From Octopus vulgaris (lineage: Eukaryota): a stretch of 64,000 bases of DNA. The notes under the pieces are model-generated. The model was not told where the DNA came from and ran no database searches. It worked only from the letters and a program-made list of their open reading frames with translations. Of the stretch, positions 57,037 through 64,000 are shown in pieces. The position numbers were made by a program, and so were the translations under genes. The stretch spans positions 57,784,001 through 57,848,000 of the forward strand of contig OX597814.1 of the NCBI GenBank assembly GCA_951406725.2, in the 5' to 3' direction. How positions within the stretch are numbered: position 1 is the first letter of the stretch; the number at the start of each line of letters is the position of its first letter.

Positions 57037-57510
57037 TTTTCTACTCCAGACACAAGGCCCGAAATTTTTGGGGAAGAGGGGCTAGTCGATTAGATCAACC
57101 CCAGTACGCAACTGATACTTAATTTATCGACTCCAAAAGGATAAAAGGCAAAATGTCGACCTCGGCGGAATTTGAACTCAGAACGTAAAGACAGACGAAA
57201 TACCTATTTCTTTACTACCCACAAGAGGCTAAACATAGAGTGGGCAAATAAGTACAGACAACGGGGATTAAGTCGATTACATCGACCCCAGTGCGTAATT
57301 GGTACTTAATTTATCGACCCCCGAAAGGATGAAAGGCAAAGTCGACCTCGGCAACGTAACGGCAGACGAAATACCTATTTCTTTTCTACCAACAAGGAGC
57401 TAAACACAGAGGGGACAAACAAGGACAGACAAACGGATTAAGTCGATTATATCGACCCCAGTGCGTAGCTGGTACTTATTTAATCGACCCCGAAAGGATG
57501 AAAGGGTCGA
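57037..57510 (-). mobile_element. Tandem array of family B SINE bodies
   Basis: Three successive atcgaccccgaaaggatgaaagg-type units. Confidence 0.85.
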
Positions 57511-58079
57511 TTATAGGAATTTTACGCGGGTGGACCCTCCGAGTCATTCTTTTTTGTTTTAGAACATCCTATTATATTTTTAATATTGGTTTCAAATTTA
57601 GGTACAAGACCAGCAAGTTCAAGGGATGACGGTAAAATCGATTACTTATTTTATCGACGTCAAAAGGATAAAAGGCAAAGTCGAATTCGGCGGAATTTGA
57701 ACTCAGAGCATAAAGGCAGACAAAACGCCACTAAGCATTTTGTCCGGCGTGCAAACGATTCTGCCAGCTCTCCTATTAAATATCATTAGGAATTGCATTA
57801 AAAAATGTTAAAATACATTGTGCATTTTATTGCACATAAATTTTAATAAAATCTTATATGGACCTCCAAGAGCCATACAGATCCTAATTAAAAGCATTCG
57901 CTCTAAACTGTAGAGGCAGGAAAGTGCCCGGTCACGGGCAAACTGCAGCCTGTGAGATTTTCTGAATGGCATGCCAAAGAAGAAAGTATCTTGAATTTTT
58001 TTAGTGGTGCGGTCCGGCTGATAACGAGCCCATTCGGCCCGCTTCTTGAGAAAATTTTGCGAATAAATTAACCACAGTA

Positions 58080-58347
58080 CTTAGTCTTCTAAGCCTGGTA
58101 CTTATTCTATCGGTCTCAATACGGAACAACTAAGTTACAGGACGTAAACACACCAACACTGGCTATCAAGCAGTGGCGGTGAGACAAACACGACGGGCTT
58201 CTTTCAGTTTCCCTCAACCAAATCCATTCACAAGACTTTGGTAGGCCCGAATCTATAGTAGAAGACACTTTCCCAGGGTTCTACGCAGTGAGACTGAACC
58301 CGGAACAATATGGTTGGGAAGCAAACTTCTTACCACACAGCCACGCC
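58080..58347 (-). mobile_element. Family A SINE
   Basis: Matches 39045-39454. Confidence 0.8.
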
Positions 58348-58489
58348 TGCTGTCTTTACTCACACCCTTAATGATGGGTATCCACGATCAGAACCATCTT
58401 GGGCCTAGATAACAGCTACTGTAAAACTATAACATGAACTGCTGTTGTCATTAATCCTATACGTATAAAAACATCAAAATCCGCTGCTT

Positions 58490-58492
58490 CTG

Positions 58493-58543
<51 letters not shown>

Positions 58544-58784
58544 TGTCTACTACAACCGTCACTGCTACTGTTAAGACTACTATATCCTCTCTACTGGTAT
58601 TGATACTACAATGACTGAACACTCACCACCACCACCACTTCAACCAACATTATCATCACTACCACCACCACTACCCGCCACCACTACTACTACTACTACT
58701 ACTACAACACCATCTTTAGATATCACTTCCACCCCCACTGCAACTACTCTACTACTGCTGCTCCTGCTGCTCTTCCTCCTCTAT

Positions 58785-58839
<55 letters not shown>

Positions 58840-58971
58840 ATCTACTGCTATTACAACTACCACTGTCACCACCAGGACTACAACCACTTCACCCACAACT
58901 ACCACTACTAACAACTACATCCGCCACTGCTATTGCTGCCATTACAACCCATAAAACTATTACTGCTGCTG

Positions 58972-59018
<47 letters not shown>

Positions 59019-59025
59019 GCTACTT
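58490..59025. repeat. (TAC)n/(CAC)n trinucleotide field
   Basis: Direct inspection. Confidence 0.9.
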
Positions 59026-59772
59026 CACACAATGTACTAGAAATAGCAGTCAAATCTCTTCTAAAACGGACCTTAAAGCATGAAATGAAGTTCACATAAT
59101 ATAGATCTCGACACTAGTTTTAAATAAATAAATATATATATAAATATATATATATAAATTAGTAATAGCAGTAGTAGTACCAGCGGCGGCAGCAGCAGTA
59201 GTGATAGTAGTAGTAGATATATATATATATATATAATATTTATAAAACAGGATGGTCAGGCCGGAATGTCTTTGATCATGTTTTAGCTCATCTCTGGTTG
59301 ATCAGGTGCCTCAGCAGCAACAACAGCAAAAACAAAAACAACAACAGCAACAACAACCACAACAACAACAGCAGCACCATTAACCACAAGTATTCCCAAC
59401 AGGTTACTTTCTCATATTAACACTACAATTTCAAAAGAGTGTTACCTCTAAAGCTTCAATAAAAATCACATGATGTATGTATATCTGCAACTACTGCTAT
59501 TGTCACGCTCATATTCTGTCGATGTTTCTCTACTTTTCCCCCCGCTACTATTTCACTTTTTGCTCTGACACCAGGTTTGATTCTACCTTCGTGTTTTTTT
59601 CCAAAGCATCAACTTTTTTTTTTCTACCACTCCACGTTTAGTGTCTTTCATCACTCCACATTCTGATTCTCCCACCACACTACAAAGCTTTTCAACTTAT
59701 ATCATAATACTTAACCGACACAGCTACTTCAGCTTCTGAAGTGCTGTGGAACTGATGTTGCTAGTAGTAGTG

Positions 59773-59808
<36 letters not shown>

Positions 59809-59850
59809 ATAATAATAATGATGATAATAATAATAATAATGATAATAATA

Positions 59851-60166
59851 GTGTTGAGAGGGATTCTTTGGGGTTTGAATAACTCACCTCTGGAAACATA
59901 GGTGTTTCGTTCAACATCCTTAAACAACCCTTATTCAGGGACCTTTTGAGCGCGATGGGTTACTCGACCAGAAGAAAATTCTAACTGGGCCCCACCTGCA
60001 AGGTCATGTGCTATTTATCTTGATATGAAATCACCATGTCGCGCACATATGGTTGTGATGTATGTGCCTAGTGTACCCTTATCAGCCAGGTAGTCATGAT
60101 GGGTATACTGGGCTTCATATATTTTACCCCAGTGTCACTTTGATGGCATGCACTGCTCTCTCACGC
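59851..60166 (+). mobile_element. ~556-bp element, copy 3 (left-truncated)
   Basis: Right 316 bp only; (AAT)n on both sides. Confidence 0.85.
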
Positions 60167-60237
<71 letters not shown>

Positions 60238-60247
60238 TGATGATGAT

Positions 60248-60803
60248 ATGCCCTGATGCAGTACCAGGCAGTGGCTCTCATGGCTTCTGATCTTAACTGA
60301 TTGGAAGTGTTATCATGTACATTGTTTTGTCTTGGTATAAAAGATGGGCTACAGCAAATATTCTGCTCAATACCACAGATTTGCTTGTCAGTTGTTTGAC
60401 CTTAACCAGTTGAGCATGTCCCTTAGTGGCTGACGATATGTGCATCTCTGATCACGAGCAGAAGTAGTGGGGGAGCATCATAGCCATGTGTTGAGAGGGA
60501 TTCTTTGGGGTTTGAATAGTTCACCTCTGGAAACATGGGTGGTTCTTTCAACATCCTTAAACAACCCTTATTCAGGGACCGTTTGAGCGGGATGGGCTAC
60601 TCAACCTGAAGAAAATTCTAACTGGGCCCCACCTGCAAGGTCATGTGCTGTTTATTTTGATATGAGATCACCATGTCGCGCACATATGGTTGTGATGTAT
60701 GTGCCTAGTGTACCCTTATCAGACGGGTAGTCATGATGGGTATACTGGGCTTCATATATTTTACCCCAGTGTCACTTTGATGGCATGCACTGCTCTCTCA
60801 CGC
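60248..60803 (+). mobile_element. ~556-bp element, copy 4
   Basis: Full-length match to copy 1. Confidence 0.85.
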
Positions 60804-60827
60804 AATAATAATAATAATAATAATAAT

Positions 60828-61195
60828 ATTTCTACTGGCAGCACAAGGCCTCAAATTTTGGGGAAGGGAACGACCCCGGCGCGTAATTGGTACTTATTTC
60901 ATCGACCACGAAAGGATGAAAGACAAAGTTTACCTCGGCGGAATTTGAACTCAGAACGTAGCGGCAGACGAAATACCTATTACTTTACTACCCACAAGGG
61001 GCTAAACACAGAGGACAAACAAGGACAGACAAACAGATTAACTCGATTATATCGACCCCAGTGCGTAACTGGTACTTATTTAATCGACCCCGAAAGGATG
61101 AAAGGTAAAGTCGACATCGGCGGAATTTGAACTCAGAACGTAGCGGCAGACGAAATACCGCTAAGCATTTTGCCAGGCGTGCTAACGATTCTGCC

Positions 61196-61196
<1 letters not shown>
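60828..61196 (-). mobile_element. Family B SINE dimer
   Basis: A head-bearing unit (to 61196) followed on the minus strand by a head-less unit. Confidence 0.85.
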
Positions 61197-61240
<44 letters not shown>

Positions 61241-61275
61241 GTAATAATAATAATAATAATAATGATGATGATGAT

Positions 61276-61831
61276 ATGCCCTGATGCAGTACCAGGCAGT
61301 GGCTCTCATGGCTTCTGATCTTAACTGATTGGAAGTGTTATCATGTACATTGTTTTGTCTTGGTATAAAAGATGGGCTACAGCAAATATTCTGCTCAATA
61401 CCACAGATTTGCTTGTCAGTTGTTTGACCTTAACCAGTTGAGCATGTCCCTTAGTGGCTGACGATATGTGCATCTCTGATCACGAGCAGAAGTAGTGGGG
61501 GAGCATCATAGCCATGTGTTGAGAGGGATTCTTTGGGGTTTGAATAGTTCACCTCTGGAAACATGGGTGGTTCTTTCAACATCCTTAAACAACCCTTATT
61601 CAGGGACCGTTTGAGCGGGATGGGCTACTCAACCTGAAGAAAATCCTAACTGGGCCCCACCTGCAAGGTCATGTGCTGTTTATCTTGATATGAGATCACC
61701 ATGTCGCGCACATATGGTTGTGATGCATGTGCCTGGTGTAACTTTATCAGACGGGTAGTCATGATGGGTATATTGGGCTTCGTATATTTTACCCCAGTGT
61801 CACTTTGATGGCATGAACTGCTCTCTCACTT
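61276..61831 (+). mobile_element. ~556-bp element, copy 5
   Basis: Full-length match to copies 1 and 4. Confidence 0.85.
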
Positions 61832-61870
61832 AATAATAATAATAATAATAATATTAATAATAATAATAAT

Positions 61871-63867
61871 TCTTTCTCTATTGGCCACCAGGGTCGAACA
61901 CAAAACATAGAGGACGATACACAGACGGGGGACAGTGAGACTAAACATGTAAACATCCAGCAAGCTCAACGATCAACAAAGAGATTAAATCAACAATAGG
62001 CTTCCCCAATAAGGGAAGTTTCACCGTAAGGTGACCAAAAAGACCTCATGCACTTTAGACACCTTAACGCCAAAGGCTCCTCAGGAAGGCACCCTTTCAT
62101 CTCCCTTCCATCCGGCATAGAGGCGCACACTTAGAGTAGGCCCATTCACGCAGGCCATTCTTGCCACATTCACCCACCTTTCAACGAACTTACTGGGTGA
62201 CAGTATCTCCTTCTCCCGCCTCACTTTGCTTTGCGGGTGGAACCTGAAAAATTCAGAGGTCTTGACCAAAGAGGAAGGTACCCGTCTTTAACCTTTTCAA
62301 TCGTGTCCACCTCACGACGTCTTTTGCCATATCTACCAGACAGAGAAAAATTGCCCTCCCTTCCCGGCCAAAGGAAGGAGGCGGAGCGATCTTCACAATG
62401 GACTCGGATGATAGCCGGATCCGTCCTACACGTGATAATAACTGTTCAACAAAGCTCTACAAGTCAGTAATGTGCGGACACTGTAGGAGAGCATGCAGAA
62501 CAATTTCATCGCTCCGCGTCCATCTCGGACAGGCCCGATTGACTGCACACCCGTGCCTGTAGAACTTGTCACGTACCTGCAGCATCTCCCGGTAGCACTG
62601 CCAGGCCAGGTATTTCTGGAAGTTATCTATTGTTCCCGGCCCGAAATTCTTTGAAGAGACAGAGAGTTGATCTCCCTCGACGCCCAGGACCTCTCCGAGT
62701 ATATCGTTGCTGTTGCCCTTCACTAATCCACTATACAACTCCAAGGTGGAACTTCCACTGACTCTATTGTCCGACTGGCTGAAGGCTGTGAGCGCTGGGA
62801 GACACTCCTGACTAGGTCTACGCCTGATTCACGACTGTAGCTCTATCAAGGAAACGAGCTGCATTCAACAAACGACGACCGCACATGCTCACCGTTAAGG
62901 TATCGTTGGAAATTTCGCAGTCTCAGCGCATGTCTGCGCATCCTCAATCACGGTATACCCAATCCTCCACGGAACGGGTGATGACAGCGAATGGATCGTC
63001 TGACAAGCGGTACTGTTCCCTCCACAGGAAGTGGAAGAGCAAACGCATCAGCTCCTTCAGCCAGAAAGCGGGCAAGGGACGACAGTCAGGCGGTAGCACA
63101 TGACGGATGCGATGTACGCATTCGCCACCACCACCCTACCTTTCAGGGACAGCTTCCTCCCGACCCATTTCTGGGTGAGACTGGCGACCCTCTTTGTTAC
63201 CTAGTCCGAGTTCTTGTCCACTTGGAAATCTGGACCGAACCAGACACCGAGCAACTTAACAGGTCCTTCTGTCCAGCGCCACACAATGCTATCGGTTGGA
63301 ACGGGCCTACCTCTCAAGTTTCCGGGCTGCAAGCCCTCTGACTTCTCCTAGTTGATCTTGCTCCGGTCACCGCTTCGTACTCCCTTAGAGTAGTGCCGAC
63401 CATCTCAATTTCCGAGATGTCAAACAATATCACGGTGACGTCGTCCGTATACGTCGACACGAACCTTCCGCATCCCAGTTTACGTGGGATGTCACTTGGA
63501 ACCTCAAGCTTCCGCAGTAATGGCTCGAATTCTAGTACGAATTGACGGACCGAACGTGCAATACTAAACAATTCCTAGAGGTGGCCCTTTACTTTGACCA
63601 CCGAACAGATGTCGCTGTACATTGCAGCAATCCAGTCTCTGAAAACGGAGGACAACCTCTAAGTACAGATGGTCGACCCTATCAAAAGCTTTCGATTGAT
63701 CCAAATGGATCAGGGCCCTATCCATGCCAGGTTCTTTACCACTCCTCTCTATGATGTATCGCGTGAGGTATAAGTTGTTGTGTATAGTTCTGCTGGGGAT
63801 AGCGCAAGTCTGCGCAACATCCGTCAGTCTGTCAACGACAAGCGGCAGTCTCTTTGCTAACACCTTC
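61871..63867 (-). mobile_element. 5'-truncated L1/Tx1-clade LINE (RT plus C-terminal zinc knuckle), decayed
   Basis: KVLAKRL...QTCAIPSRTIHNNL...LIHLDQSKAFDRVDH, SVRQ, YTDDVTV, ACPRW...EIVLHALLQCP; (AAT)n on both flanks. Confidence 0.9.
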
Positions 63868-63889
63868 AATAATAATAATAACGACAATA

Positions 63890-64000
63890 TTCCTTTCTAC
63901 TATAGGATCAAGGCCTGCAATTTTGGGGGAGGGAGATGATCGATTTCAATGACTCATGTACATGATTGGTACTTAATTTATCAAGGCCAAGAGGATGAAA
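63890..64000 (-). mobile_element. Family B SINE 3' part, runs off the window
   Basis: tttctactatagg...aaggcctgcaattttggggg...ggtacttaatttatc. Confidence 0.65.

Noticed and set aside
57910-58060. hAT-like MITE remnant
   Set aside because: Could not define matching TIRs or an 8-bp TSD

Overview
This is AT-rich eukaryotic, repeat-dominated DNA with no intact host protein-coding gene that I can support. The (TA)n/(CA)n/(AAT)n/(CAC)n microsatellite load and the tRNA-derived SINE families resemble octopus/cephalopod genomes; this is recognised from memory, not searched. Almost all supplied ORFs are translations of microsatellites or decayed transposons. DNA transposons: a full-length but dead Tc1-type element with about 210-bp IR/DR ends and DD37E-like spacing (1.0-2.6 kb), two maT/DD37D copies, a rosa-like mariner derivative, pogo remnants, piggyBac- and Tigger-like MITEs and a probable non-autonomous Helitron. 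Retroelements: two RTE LINE remnants, a 5'-truncated Tx1/L1 LINE, a solo LTR, a very decayed Ty3/gypsy-like pol, many SINEs and a Penelope-like element (PLE) cluster at 33.6-39.0 kb. The most interesting signals are: (i) two hammerhead-ribozyme-like motifs with a long inserted stem II, inside a permuted inverted repeat of the PLE cluster; (ii) a ~556-bp non-coding element present five times, always inside (AAT)n, next to a Tx1 LINE also flanked by (AAT)n; (iii) SINE arrays with a recurring identical head-less junction. Coordinates of decayed elements are approximate.
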